Assembly (NCBI GenBank): GCA_031387975.1
Contig: JANNDV010000034.1
Coordinates: forward strand, 1-32,000
DNA from: Acaryochloridaceae cyanobacterium OTE_75_metabat_521
Lineage (GTDB): Bacteria; Cyanobacteriota; Cyanobacteriia; Thermosynechococcales; Thermosynechococcaceae
Direction: 5' to 3'
Length of the DNA: 32,000 bases
Part shown: one piece after another, positions 16,231 to 26,065 of the stretch
Layout: every line of letters starts with the position of its first letter
How positions within the stretch are numbered: the stretch's first letter is position 1
Position numbers and translations under genes: made by a program
The notes under the pieces: generated by a model
Database searches by the model: none
The model's input: only the letters and a program-made list of their open reading frames with translations
What the model was told of the DNA's origin: nothing

Positions 16231-18219
16231 CTATGGACTGGCCTTGAACAGTGATACACCCGGAAAAGCCGTGGGGTTTTGATGATCGTTGAGTCGCTTT
16301 TGGAGTGTCTCTAACATCGGGTTAGCGCGGGGGATATTTGCAGTGAGCTGATAGGGCAAAATATTTTGTTCGAGGGCAAAGGCTGCTGTGGTACCTGCTG
16401 CTGCGCCTGCCGACCATTCAAAACCATGTACTCGGTACGTTGCGGCACTAATGTGGCTGGTGGCGATATTTTTGCCCGTCACAATCAGGTTATCAATACG
16501 GGGTGGAATCATTGCCCTGAGCGGAATTTGGTAGGGATAGGTGACGCTTGCGCCCTGCCGTTCGCCCTGCCGCTCGGTATTCTCTGGCTTTTCTGGCGGG
16601 GCTTCTGCCATGCAGGGATGGAAGTCTATGGGGTAGTGCCCAATACCCACGCTATCGGGGTACAGCCGAGCACGCGATCGCAGTTTGACCTGCTCGAGCG
16701 AAACCTTGCCCGTAATTACATCAATGGTATTGAGTCCCGCTAGGGACGTAACAAGGTCGCGGTAGGCTCGACCCGATAGAGCCTCGCGGTAGTACGGTTG
16801 GCGATAGTCTTTGGCAGACACATCCGTTTCGCTAATGGTAAACCCGCCTGTATAAGCGTAGCTATCGCGCCCAATCAGACGACGACCTTCACGCATATAG
16901 GGGAATTTTGACAGTCCGTGGGCAGTTCCCATCGGGGAGTTTACCCCTTTGAGGTAGCGCAAGTTTGGCCAAGGCTTTTTGGCGCTGGAGCCAAGTTTTG
17001 AGTCGGTTGTACCTGCTAGCAGCCAATAAAAATAACCTTGAGCCAGTTCTTCTGCGCCCTTTAAGCTGCTGACCCGTAGGCCACCCTTCCAGCTATTGGG
17101 CGTGAGCTGACCCTGCTCACTGAGCTGCTGACGGGTATAGAGCAAATTGTCTGTAGCGGTGCCTGGGCCGTAGTCATTGCCCCCACCCCAGTTTTGCATC
17201 GAGATATCGCCCACATTGACGACAGAATATTGGTTTGTTTGGCGGTCTGTGCTCCAAATACGGCGGTAGGTGAAGACCAGGGCTGGGTCTTTGGCATAGC
17301 GATCGCCGTCGTAGCTATAAAATGGCTCGTACTGTTTGTAAAATGGCGGGGGCACAGCGGGTTCTGGCTGCGCGGTAGACTCCATTGCAAAAGTGTAGGT
17401 GAATGCCTGAGGGCAATAGGGATAGGCTGTTTTGCTAGAACTGGAAGGTTCTTGGTAGGTACGCGGGTCAACCCCCACGCGATAGGGTAAATCAGCCAGT
17501 GCTAAAAGTTCACCCGTTTCGGTGGCTTCTATCACCATCCACTGGCCTGAGGCGGGTGCAGTAAAATTTAGGATGGTTTTTGCCCAGCGCGGGGAATCGC
17601 TTTCTGTATAAAAGTCATCCCAACCCTGCGATAAAAAGTCTGAATTGAGCGGCTGCGTATTGGGCTGTACCTGGTGCTGAATGGCCTTCACCGCCAAAAT
17701 TTTGGCACCTGTAGACTGTGGGCTAACCTGAAGCGACTTAACGACTGTATTAGGGAAAAACAGCAGCTTCCCTTTGCCCTGTTTCTGGGCGCGCACCAGC
17801 ATCTCGCGCAAAATGTTATTGCCCATTGAGGGCAAAAAGCAGGCTGCGCTCACCCAGCAGTTGCCTGGGCTTTTCTGCTCAATCCGGTCGAAAATTGCAT
17901 TCCGAAATTCTAGGTATCCCTTAGGGAACAGAAGCCGCGATCGCTGAACCGTCGTCTCATCAAGTGCAGAAGTACCTTGAGATGAAATCTGTCCGCCCAC
18001 CCAATCCGTCAACTCTGTCATGCAGACGATACGCCCTGCGTAGAGTGCTTCATAGGCTGCGGCAGTACCTGCTAACCCGCCACCTACGATCAAAATGTCA
18101 CAGGCGATCGCCGTTTGAGTGCCGGGACGAACATCAATGGCCTCACTCTTTTGGGGTATCGCCAACAGCAGCAACCAGGCAGTCCGAGTCCCCCAAAGTA
18201 AGATTTGCCCTAAGTTCAT
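16231..18219 (-). CDS. Large FAD-dependent oxidoreductase with an N-terminal signal/anchor sequence
   Basis: 662-aa ORF. A hydrophobic N-terminus (TAWLLLLAIPQKSEA) precedes the dinucleotide-binding motif CDILIVGGGLAGTAAAYEA. The substrate is unknown. Confidence 0.75.
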   Translation of the reverse strand: MNLGQILLWGTRTAWLLLLAIPQKSEAIDVRPGTQTAIACDILIVGGGLAGTAAAYEALYAGRIVCMTELTDWVGGQISSQGTSALDETTVQRSRLLFPKGYLEFRNAIFDRIEQKSPGNCWVSAACFLPSMGNNILREMLVRAQKQGKGKLLFFPNTVVKSLQVSPQSTGAKILAVKAIQHQVQPNTQPLNSDFLSQGWDDFYTESDSPRWAKTILNFTAPASGQWMVIEATETGELLALADLPYRVGVDPRTYQEPSSSSKTAYPYCPQAFTYTFAMESTAQPEPAVPPPFYKQYEPFYSYDGDRYAKDPALVFTYRRIWSTDRQTNQYSVVNVGDISMQNWGGGNDYGPGTATDNLLYTRQQLSEQGQLTPNSWKGGLRVSSLKGAEELAQGYFYWLLAGTTDSKLGSSAKKPWPNLRYLKGVNSPMGTAHGLSKFPYMREGRRLIGRDSYAYTGGFTISETDVSAKDYRQPYYREALSGRAYRDLVTSLAGLNTIDVITGKVSLEQVKLRSRARLYPDSVGIGHYPIDFHPCMAEAPPEKPENTERQGERQGASVTYPYQIPLRAMIPPRIDNLIVTGKNIATSHISAATYRVHGFEWSAGAAAGTTAAFALEQNILPYQLTANIPRANPMLETLQKRLNDHQNPTAFPGVSLFKASP

Positions 18220-18291
18220 CCCCCATCTCCGAACGTTAGTTCATAAAACGTTAATTCACCGTTAGCGCTTAGATTAGCGCTTGATTAGCAC

Positions 18292-18702
18292 TTAATTAAT
18301 CGCCGATTCACAAGTCCCTAGCTTCAGCAAACGAGCCACTACGCGACGGGGCACACCCGCAAGGTTGCTTGCCTTCCCCAGGGCTTCCCCGCGTCGAAGG
18401 TTACGCACTACATTTTGAACTTTGTAGCTAAGAGACGCCGCATACGCAATTTCACCCGTGCGATTTGCCACCAGCAGCCCACGCACAATGGCATTGGCGA
18501 GAACGTAGGGCTGAATGCCTGTAGCACCATGATTAACCTCTACAGAAAGATGCTGCGGAAGCAGACTTTTTTCAAGGGGAATCATGGGAATCTCGGAGGT
18601 CTCTGCCGTCAAAATAGACCCTTGCAAGGGGTTTGCCTCTGCATAGGGGCTAATACCCACGCAAATTGCAGAAATCAGAGTAATACAGCTAAATGTTCTC
18701 AT
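18292..18702 (-). CDS. Hypothetical secreted protein
   Basis: 136-aa ORF with a signal peptide (ITLISAICVGISPYAEA|N). No family recognised. It lies on the same strand as, and 72 bp upstream of, the FAD oxidoreductase gene. Confidence 0.5.
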   Translation of the reverse strand: MRTFSCITLISAICVGISPYAEANPLQGSILTAETSEIPMIPLEKSLLPQHLSVEVNHGATGIQPYVLANAIVRGLLVANRTGEIAYAASLSYKVQNVVRNLRRGEALGKASNLAGVPRRVVARLLKLGTCESAIN

Positions 18703-18957
18703 AGAAGGATCAATCTGAGTGAATCATTGAGGCAGAAAACAGACAAAAAGTGGGGGCAAAAGTGGGGGCAAAATTTTTAGGGGAATACAAGCACCAAGGT
18801 CATGCATCACCACTAAACCCTGTTAGCGTCTGTTATACGACAATTTGACCGCTTTGTGTAAACAACTTCAACGGTAGATAGAAATCAACGCCCATTTCAT
18901 GCCTCGATTTTACGCCTCGACTTAACGCCGATCTACAGGGCTGTGGGGGTTAAGGCA

Positions 18958-19746
18958 CTACCGAGCATCTCGTAAACCCGTCCAGCCAATGGCAATAAAT
19001 CCAAGGGCAAGCAGCAAACTTCGTATTTCAGCGCGCCAACGATTGAGAGACACTTCTTTGCCCACTTGGTCAAGCGCCTGCTGCTTTTGCTTTTTCATTT
19101 CATCCAATTGTTGGGCGGCTTTCTTATCAAAAGCCTTTGGATCTTTTTTAAGTTCTTGCAAAATCGCTAATTTATCCGCTGGTAAATTTTTCTGCTGCAA
19201 AAGCTGGTCAAGCTGACCGCTGGCGAGTATAGACTGAATTTCTTGCTGCTGCTGCTGAATCTGAAACTTAATTTGAGCCTCTTGCTGATCGGCACGGGTG
19301 CTTGAAGCACTCAAAATCTGACCAGAGGTGCTGAAGTGAAACGGAATCAGCAGCAAAAAGATCAGACCCAGTAAGCTGGCAACAATAAAGGTCCAAAACT
19401 GAGAATTGTGCCAGGGTGCAGGGGCAGTTTCGGGTGCTGAATTGGGCACGGCTTTCGTCAGAATCTGGTTAATCCAAAATCCTGCATAGACCAATGCCAG
19501 CCCCAACAGGGCAATCACCCCTCGGTCAATCAGCTCATTGAGAAAGTTAAGCTGTAGATCTGGCTTATCTCCCGCAAGGGTAAACAGCCGTACGCCAAAA
19601 TCGTACACAACGGTGAGCAGCAGTACGATACCGACGATCGGCAATACCAAAGAAGTCTGTCGCAAGGGGCGATTTTCGCTCGCGTTCATGATGGGTAGAA
19701 AACCTGTAGTGGAATGGGGCGTGAAATAGTGCGTAAAAGGGGTCAA
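18958..19746 (-). CDS. Hypothetical membrane protein with a Gln-rich coiled coil (resembles the cyanobacterial HpsJ family from memory)
   Basis: 262-aa ORF with several TM helices and a Q-rich helical segment (QQEAQIKFQIQQQQQEIQSILASGQLDQLLQQ). The segment IDRGVIALLGLALVYAGFWI resembles HpsJ-type proteins, but this is unverified. An alternative start is MNASENRP. Confidence 0.5.
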   Translation of the reverse strand: MTPFTHYFTPHSTTGFLPIMNASENRPLRQTSLVLPIVGIVLLLTVVYDFGVRLFTLAGDKPDLQLNFLNELIDRGVIALLGLALVYAGFWINQILTKAVPNSAPETAPAPWHNSQFWTFIVASLLGLIFLLLIPFHFSTSGQILSASSTRADQQEAQIKFQIQQQQQEIQSILASGQLDQLLQQKNLPADKLAILQELKKDPKAFDKKAAQQLDEMKKQKQQALDQVGKEVSLNRWRAEIRSLLLALGFIAIGWTGLRDAR

Positions 19747-19813
19747 TGTAATGCCGCAAGAATATGCCGCAAATTCTGAAAAATCTTAGCACCTGATGGG
19801 GACACTTACGGTT

Positions 19814-21007
19814 CTAGGGGCGATCGCCGCTCAGTTCTTGAGGGTCTAGCTTACTTAAGGTGATGCGCAAGCTGCGTGGCTGCCCTTGCTGCTTAACCTG
19901 AACGGTAATCATGCCGCCAGGTCGAGCGGCCTCGACGGCCTGCTGCACATCATCGGTGGTGCGAATGGGCTGATCGTTAATAGATTGAACCAGATCGCCA
20001 GATTTTATGCCGCCTGTCGCCGCTGGCGAGTTAGGCATGACCTTGACGACCAAAACGCCTTTCTCAGCGTCAATTCTGCGCTTTTCCTGCTGATTAAATT
20101 GAGTGCGCAGTTCTGGCGTTAGGTCTACCATCTGCACCCCTAAGTAGGCATGCTCAACCTTGCCATTTTTGACCAACTGCTGGGCAATAAGCTGAGCCGA
20201 ATTAATGGGAATTGAAAACCCGAGTCCTTGAGCATTCTGGATAATCGCCGTATTAACTCCAATCACCTGCCCTGCTGCATTAAGGAGTGGCCCCCCAGAA
20301 TTGCCTGGGTTAATGGCTGCATCGGTTTGAATAAAACGCACCCGCCGATCCGATATGCCAATCTCAGAACCCGATCGCCCCGTAGCGCTAATAATGCCCA
20401 CTGTCACAGTGTTATCTAAGCCCAGGGGGTTGCCAATGGCGATCGCCCATTCCCCTGGCAGCAGCAGCTTAGAATTTCCAAGGCTAACCGTCGGTAAATT
20501 AGTTGCCTCAATCTTGATAACCGCAATATCTGTGAGAGTATCTTCCCCCAACACCTTGCCCTTAAACTGGCGACCATCTTTGAGCAAGACCGTCACCTGA
20601 TCGGCCTTATCGACCACATGGGCATTGGTCATAATTAAACCCTGGGCATCAAAAATAAAGCCTGAGCCTGTACCACGATCTACGCGTTCTGTGTTGCGGT
20701 TCTGCTGCGGCAGCTCAAAGAATTGTCCTAGGGGAGAATTGCTGCTGCTGTCTTGAACCGTGCGGGTAGAGTTAATTCTCACGACAGCGGGCCCTACCTT
20801 CTGAACCACATCCACCACGAAGTTAGAAGGCAATGCTTTACCGACAGCCGAGGATGTTGGCGGCAAGGGTGAGGATGTTTCAGCAACGGGACTCACCGCT
20901 GGTAGGGGAGATTTGATTGCTGTGCAGCCGCTCTGTAGTGCGAGGAGTGCGATCGCAAACCCACCCCATCGCAAGGTTTGAACCCTCCGTCGTTGTCCAT
21001 CCATCAT
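19814..21007 (-). CDS. HtrA/DegP-family periplasmic serine protease with a PDZ domain
   Basis: The catalytic triad contexts are present (TNAHVV, D in [16 protein letters not shown]), with a C-terminal PDZ domain ([24 protein letters not shown]). A lipoprotein-like signal is [14 protein letters not shown] at 21007 is preferred over the TTG at 21034. Confidence 0.9.
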   Translation of the reverse strand: MMDGQRRRVQTLRWGGFAIALLALQSGCTAIKSPLPAVSPVAETSSPLPPTSSAVGKALPSNFVVDVVQKVGPAVVRINSTRTVQDSSSNSPLGQFFELPQQNRNTERVDRGTGSGFIFDAQGLIMTNAHVVDKADQVTVLLKDGRQFKGKVLGEDTLTDIAVIKIEATNLPTVSLGNSKLLLPGEWAIAIGNPLGLDNTVTVGIISATGRSGSEIGISDRRVRFIQTDAAINPGNSGGPLLNAAGQVIGVNTAIIQNAQGLGFSIPINSAQLIAQQLVKNGKVEHAYLGVQMVDLTPELRTQFNQQEKRRIDAEKGVLVVKVMPNSPAATGGIKSGDLVQSINDQPIRTTDDVQQAVEAARPGGMITVQVKQQGQPRSLRITLSKLDPQELSGDRP

Positions 21008-21030
21008 CTTGTTCGCTCTGCTTCGCTGGA

Positions 21031-21063
21031 TCAAAGTGCAAGTTCAAAGTGCAAGTTCAAAAT
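21031..21063. repeat. 13-bp tandem repeat (about 2.4 copies of TCAAAGTGCAAGT) in the divergent htrA / M23-peptidase promoter region
   Basis: tcaaagtgcaagt / tcaaagtgcaagt / tcaaaat, read directly. Confidence 0.75.
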
Positions 21064-21106
21064 ACAGTTTGGCACAATAGAGAAGTTGAAGACCGTTAGG
21101 TGGCAC

Positions 21107-22057
21107 ATGACAACTTCCTCCTACGCTCCAGATTTTAGTGTAGAACAGCGCAGAATCATTTCTTATCAGCAAATAGTGCGCGTAGCGTTGAGCAGTATGG
21201 CAGGACTGGCGCTGGGGATAATTCAAGGACAGGCGATCGCAGCCCCTTTCGACACAAGCTGTCCTACCCGCCCTGCCTTAGAGCGTTTGCAAAAGCATCG
21301 GGTTAAGCCCAACGAGACACTCACCCAAATTGCCAATCGCTATGGGTTACTCAGTACAACCTTGATGGGCATGAACCCTCCCGTGCGAACGGGACAGGTT
21401 AGTCCAGGCCAAATCTTAGTGATTCCCCCCTACAACGGCATTATCGTTTCGCTGACAGCAGGTCAAACCCTCCAGTCGGCGGCTCGGGTTTATCGCGTCA
21501 AACCCGATGTTTTGTTTGAGGTGAATGGTTGTCAGAAAAACCCCAAAACCGTCTTTGTGCCAGGGGTAAATTGGTCGCCCATTAATGCAGCCGCAACAGT
21601 CGCCACATCCACTCAAATGGATGCATTTGTGCAGCAAGATCGATACCCACTTCCGCAACCCGCAGCCATTATGAGAGCCTATGGCTGGCAGCCCAACGGC
21701 TCTGGCAAGTCCATTGTCTTTTCAAGCGGGGTTGATTTAGCCACTGCATCCCAAACGCCCGTATATGCTGTCGCTGAAGGAACCGTTGCCTTTGCCGGAG
21801 AGCGGAAGCCTTGGGGCAATATGGTTGTCATTAACCATGCGCGGGGGCGTCAAACTCGCTATGGCTACCTAGGGTTGCTTAAAGTTAAGGTCGGTCAGTC
21901 TGTGCAGCGAGGTCAGGTGATTGCCAACGTGAAAGCAACGCCCTCCTCAGCACTTCGGTTTGAGCTGCGCTATCGATCTACGCTTGGCTGGGTTGCCCAA
22001 GATCCACAGCCCTATCTACAAGTCATTTCTGGCTCAAAAAAGCCACCGCAGATTTAA
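21107..22057 (+). CDS. LysM-domain M23-family metallopeptidase (peptidoglycan hydrolase)
   Basis: A LysM segment (HRVKPNETLTQIANRYGLLSTTLMGMN) is followed by M23 motifs (GVDLA, VVINHARGRQTRYGYL). ATG 21107 is preferred, because the ORF-track TTG at 20978 would overlap htrA. Confidence 0.85.
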   Translation: MTTSSYAPDFSVEQRRIISYQQIVRVALSSMAGLALGIIQGQAIAAPFDTSCPTRPALERLQKHRVKPNETLTQIANRYGLLSTTLMGMNPPVRTGQVSPGQILVIPPYNGIIVSLTAGQTLQSAARVYRVKPDVLFEVNGCQKNPKTVFVPGVNWSPINAAATVATSTQMDAFVQQDRYPLPQPAAIMRAYGWQPNGSGKSIVFSSGVDLATASQTPVYAVAEGTVAFAGERKPWGNMVVINHARGRQTRYGYLGLLKVKVGQSVQRGQVIANVKATPSSALRFELRYRSTLGWVAQDPQPYLQVISGSKKPPQI

Positions 22058-22080
22058 CTTTTATCAACTTGAGGCTATTT

Positions 22081-22497
22081 TTACTTAGGCCCACCACGTA
22101 TCATTGCAAGACAAAGCTCGGCACCCACCACAATGATGGGCAAACCAATACCCACTAAACCCAGCCAGCCGATAGATTGAGATAAGGTCACATAGAGCTG
22201 CTTATTGGCAACCTGTCGGTCAATTTTTTCCTGCGTCCACTTGACCCACCAAGAGCTAATGCCAATTAGAACCGCACCGATGATCCCGGATGGAATGGTG
22301 ATGGAAAGCCAGGTGGATAGTTTATTAGAACCCTGAATCAGTTGAAAGCTATTTGAAAAACTAGCCTGAATCATGAGGCTTAAGCCCTCTAGAAAAATCC
22401 AGACAATCAGCGCACTGAAGGTATCTTTGCGGGCTGACTGTAAATCTTGCTGTGACTCAGTAAGCTGAACGGTTTGCTGGCGACGACGTTGACTCAT
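22081..22497 (-). CDS. Hypothetical membrane protein
   Basis: 138-aa ORF with about 4 hydrophobic segments. No family recognised. Confidence 0.45.
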   Translation of the reverse strand: MSQRRRQQTVQLTESQQDLQSARKDTFSALIVWIFLEGLSLMIQASFSNSFQLIQGSNKLSTWLSITIPSGIIGAVLIGISSWWVKWTQEKIDRQVANKQLYVTLSQSIGWLGLVGIGLPIIVVGAELCLAMIRGGPK

Positions 22498-22772
22498 AGT
22501 TTGGGGATTGAACTCGTCGAAATATCAGCAAAATGAAAATCTGGATTGGCGTTCAATCTCTTTTCAAAGAAAATGTAGCGCACTGCCTGCACTCAACGAT
22601 GTCGCTGAGTTACTCGACCGTTGATAGGCCATTGTGAACTCAATGACCAAAAAATCCTGTCATAATCCAAGAAGGGCGACTGTGCTACATAGCATTCCCC
22701 TAATAGATAGCAAACATTTCATTTTGAAATGGATAAAGTTAAAGTTTAGGCCAGGAGCAACGCTTAACGTTT

Positions 22773-23057
22773 ATGACTACAGCAATTTGGCACGATACCG
22801 TATTGGCTGAAAGCGATCGCTGTGAAATTGTAGAAGGTAACTACTATTTCCCTGCTAGCGCCATCAACAAAGACTATTTTCAGCCCAGTGCCACCCACAC
22901 CACCTGCCCTTGGAAAGGGGTTGCAAGCTACTACAGCATTACGGTAGATGGCAAGGTGAACCCAGATGCAGCCTGGTACTATCCTAAGGCGAAGGATGCT
23001 GCCAAAAATATTGAGGGCTATATTGCATTTTGGCGGGGGGTGCAGGTAAATCCCTAG
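22773..23057 (+). CDS. DUF427 domain protein
   Basis: 94-aa ORF with the characteristic DUF427 pattern (VEGNYYFP, TTCPWKGVASYY, AAWYYP, IAFW). Confidence 0.85.
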   Translation: MTTAIWHDTVLAESDRCEIVEGNYYFPASAINKDYFQPSATHTTCPWKGVASYYSITVDGKVNPDAAWYYPKAKDAAKNIEGYIAFWRGVQVNP

Positions 23058-23186
23058 GCCAAACGATCAACACCCAAAAGTCAACAAATGTATCATTCGT
23101 ACCAGCTCACCCTTACAGAGTGTCCCCTCGGTTCTGTAAGCTGAGAAAAGTGTTTTAAGTCTCTATCTTCATTAGCTATTGTTGCC

Positions 23187-24158
23187 ATGTCTGCCGCTGT
23201 TGTAACGCCTCCCCGCACCATCCGTCTTGCCTCTCGCAAAAGCCAGTTGGCGCTGGTTCAGACCCACTGGGTTCAGGGGGAGTTTCAGCGGCTCTATCCA
23301 GATCGCACCTTTGAAGTGGTTACAATGACTACCCAGGGCGATAACATCTTGGATGTGGCGCTTGCCAAAATTGGAGATAAGGGTCTTTTTACCAAAGAAT
23401 TAGAGCTATCTATGCTGCGGCAAGATACAGACTTTGCGGTACATTCCCTCAAGGATTTGCCGACTCATCTGCCCGAAGGGCTAATGCTAGGGTGCATTAC
23501 CGAGCGCGAAAACCCGGCCGATGCACTGGTGGTTCACTCGAGCTGCAAAGATTACCAAATTGATACGCTGCCTGCGGGTACTGTCATCGGAACGTCTTCT
23601 CTCCGGCGACTGGCGCAGTTACGGCACCATTACCCCCACCTTGAGTTTAAGGATGTACGGGGCAACCTCAATACCCGTCTACAAAAGCTCGACAATGGCG
23701 AGTACGATGCCCTGATTTTGGCTTACGCTGGACTGCATCGTTTGGGATTTGGCGATCGCATTCATCAGGTCATCCCCGCTGAGATTTCGCTCCATGCGGT
23801 GGGGCAGGGTGCGCTAGGCATTGAGTGCCGCACCAATGACCCTGAAATTTTAGAACTACTTAAAAAAATTGAGCACACGCCGACTGCTCAACGGTGCTTA
23901 GCTGAGCGATCTTTTTTGCGAGAGCTAGAAGGCGGCTGTCAGGTACCCATTGGGGTCAATACAGTGATTGAGAACGAGCAGCTTACCCTGACGGGCATGG
24001 TCGCGAGTTTAGACGGTCTGCGCCTAATCAAAGATGTTGTGGCGGGTGCAGCAACAGCAGCAGAAGCTCTCGGCATCGAGTTGGCTGACAAGCTGAAAGC
24101 ACAAGGGGCACAGGAAATTCTCAACGAAATTATTGCTGAATTTCGACCCGAAGCCTAA
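23187..24158 (+). CDS. hemC: Hydroxymethylbilane synthase (porphobilinogen deaminase)
   Basis: 323-aa ORF with conserved HemC blocks ([50 protein letters not shown], and the cofactor Cys context GGCQVPIG). Confidence 0.95.
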   Translation: MSAAVVTPPRTIRLASRKSQLALVQTHWVQGEFQRLYPDRTFEVVTMTTQGDNILDVALAKIGDKGLFTKELELSMLRQDTDFAVHSLKDLPTHLPEGLMLGCITERENPADALVVHSSCKDYQIDTLPAGTVIGTSSLRRLAQLRHHYPHLEFKDVRGNLNTRLQKLDNGEYDALILAYAGLHRLGFGDRIHQVIPAEISLHAVGQGALGIECRTNDPEILELLKKIEHTPTAQRCLAERSFLRELEGGCQVPIGVNTVIENEQLTLTGMVASLDGLRLIKDVVAGAATAAEALGIELADKLKAQGAQEILNEIIAEFRPEA

Positions 24159-24173
24159 CCTCCCCTTCTGCAG

Positions 24174-24193
24174 GGGTGCAAGGCCTTGCGCCC
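24174..24193 (+). terminator. Possible hemC terminator hairpin
   Basis: GGGTGCAA-ggcc-TTGCGCCC is an 8-bp stem including one G-U pair. It starts 16 nt after the hemC stop and is followed by a T-rich but interrupted tract (tcttctg). Confidence 0.4.
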
Positions 24194-24296
24194 TCTTCTG
24201 CATGTGGGAGATCTGAACCTAAAACAGAATTTCCCCAAACCTTTCTTTTAAGATAGAACTATTGCAAGATAGCTCACCTTAACGGAGGTAAACCCT

Positions 24297-25004
24297 ATGC
24301 TTACAGTCCGTCCTTCTGAAGAACGTGGTGCTGCAACCCTAGATTGGCTCGACAGTCGGCACACGTTCTCTTTTAGCAACTATTTCGACCCCAAACATAT
24401 CAGCTTTGGCCCTTTGCGGGTCATCAACGAAGATATTGTGCAGCCCACCAAAGGGTTTGGTACCCATGGTCACAAGGACATGGAGATTATCACCTATGTT
24501 TTGCAAGGGGAGCTAGAGCATAAAGACAGCCTTGGCAATGGCTCGGGGATGCGCTACGGGGATGTGCAGCGTATGTCTGCGGGGACGGGAATTCAGCACA
24601 GTGAGTTTAACCCGTCTACCACAAATCCTGTTCACTTACTCCAGATCTGGATTCTGCCCAATCAGCAGGGACTTGCCCCCAGCTACGAGCAGACCACCTT
24701 TAGTGAAATAGAGAAATGCGATCGCCTCCGTCTGATTGGCTCTGCGGATGGGCGCGAGGGTTCTGTCACCATTCACCAAGACGTGAATCTGTATGCAGCG
24801 GTTTTACAGCAGGGTGCCAGCGTCAGCCATGCCCTAGCAGCGGGCAGAATTGCTTGGCTTCAGGTGGCACGGGGCGCTGTGGTACTCAACGATCAGGCAT
24901 TGGTGGCGGGGGATGGCGTTGCGATTTCACAGGGCGATCGCCTGAACCTCCACAACAGCGAGACGGATCCGGCTGAAGTGCTGCTCTTTGATATGGCGGG
25001 CTAA
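24297..25004 (+). CDS. Pirin-family protein (bicupin, YhhW-like)
   Basis: 235-aa ORF with the pirin N-terminal cupin metal-ligand context ([29 protein letters not shown] ... H.E). Confidence 0.9.
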   Translation: MLTVRPSEERGAATLDWLDSRHTFSFSNYFDPKHISFGPLRVINEDIVQPTKGFGTHGHKDMEIITYVLQGELEHKDSLGNGSGMRYGDVQRMSAGTGIQHSEFNPSTTNPVHLLQIWILPNQQGLAPSYEQTTFSEIEKCDRLRLIGSADGREGSVTIHQDVNLYAAVLQQGASVSHALAAGRIAWLQVARGAVVLNDQALVAGDGVAISQGDRLNLHNSETDPAEVLLFDMAG

Positions 25005-25265
25005 CTACGCATTTTCTTGGAGCTGCTGAATGAGCCAGTCTTCTACTGCCTGACCATCTTTGCGCTGTAGCTCTGTTTTAATCAGAAACGGCAGCTCAGA
25101 GCCAGTGGGTGCCGCCTCACGATTAAACGAAATCTTGTAGTTCTGCGGGTTTTCGCCCCGCTCTATTAGCCACTGCTCTACCTTAGCTGTGGCAAAAAAC
25201 GACTGCCCATCCTTAAACAGTCGGGTAATTTGTAGTTCCAAAGAATAGGGACTAAACCGAGCCAT
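25005..25265 (-). CDS. Hypothetical small protein
   Basis: 86-aa ORF 16 bp downstream of yjbQ on the same strand. No family recognised. Its stop directly abuts the pirin stop. Confidence 0.5.
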   Translation of the reverse strand: MARFSPYSLELQITRLFKDGQSFFATAKVEQWLIERGENPQNYKISFNREAAPTGSELPFLIKTELQRKDGQAVEDWLIQQLQENA

Positions 25266-25281
25266 TTTGACCTCCTTGTAC

Positions 25282-25698
25282 TTAATCGCCAGAGACGTGG
25301 ATCACAACTTCACGCAAAGAGCCATGCTGTCGATGCTCCCATAGATAGATGCCCTGCCAAGTGCCCAGTACCAAGCGGCCTCCATTCACCGGAATTTGCT
25401 CTGAGGTATGGGTGAGCACCGTGCGGATATGGGCAGGCATATCATCTGGGCCTTCGGTGCTGTGGCGATAGTGCACCCCTTCAGGGATCAGTTTTGCTAA
25501 AAAGGTTTCTAGATCGGCTAATACATCTGGGTCAGCATTTTCTTGAATGATGAGGCTGGCAGAGGTGTGCCGCAAAAATAAAGAACACAGACCCATTTGG
25601 ATGCCCGACTTCACGACTGCATCCCGAACCTGTCGCGTAATATTGCTGAGAGATTTACCGCTTGTCTTAACCTGGAGGAGCTGCTGACGGTGGGTCAT
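25282..25698 (-). CDS. yjbQ: YjbQ/UPF0047-family protein (secondary thiamine-phosphate synthase-like)
   Basis: The conserved UPF0047 pattern is present (LCSLFLRHTSASLIIQENADPDV, MPAHI, GRLVLGTWQGIYLWEHR). ATG at 25698 (MTHRQQ) is preferred over the ORF-track start at 25734. Confidence 0.85.
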   Translation of the reverse strand: MTHRQQLLQVKTSGKSLSNITRQVRDAVVKSGIQMGLCSLFLRHTSASLIIQENADPDVLADLETFLAKLIPEGVHYRHSTEGPDDMPAHIRTVLTHTSEQIPVNGGRLVLGTWQGIYLWEHRQHGSLREVVIHVSGD

Positions 25699-26065
25699 AA
25701 CTGACAAGACGAAGTAAAAGGTCAAGCACAACAATACTCAATTATTTCATGCCTTAGCCTTTGTCCTCCAATGAACTTTGATTGTATAGATCCAAGTTGG
25801 ACTTTATAGCGTAGTCAGCTTACAGGGCAGATCATATACATCTCCAAGCGCGAAAGACAGGTCTCTGAGCAGGGTGGGTTACTTATTACTCGATAGGCTA
25901 GACACTCTACGCCGTCTTGAAGCTAAGCAACTGTACGCTGTCTGGAACTGAAGAATAAAGAATGTAGCGATGAAGGTTAACTCTAGAAAGAAGGCTTTAG
26001 TTATGAAACATAAAATCAAATTTTTCCTCAAAAACTTGAGGGACAAACAAGGTGCTTTTATAGAA

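Noticed and set aside
25002-25007. Convergent stop codons of the pirin gene and the 86-aa ORF abut with zero spacing (TAA|CTA).
   Set aside because: This is a curious arrangement that leaves no room for a terminator. It is common in compact genomes, and nothing further can be inferred.
25735-26065. I searched for a Fur/Zur/NikR-type operator upstream of the DUF4331 operon.
   Set aside because: I found no AT-rich 7-1-7 palindrome or other convincing dyad by eye. Regulation therefore remains unknown, and I do not claim a site.
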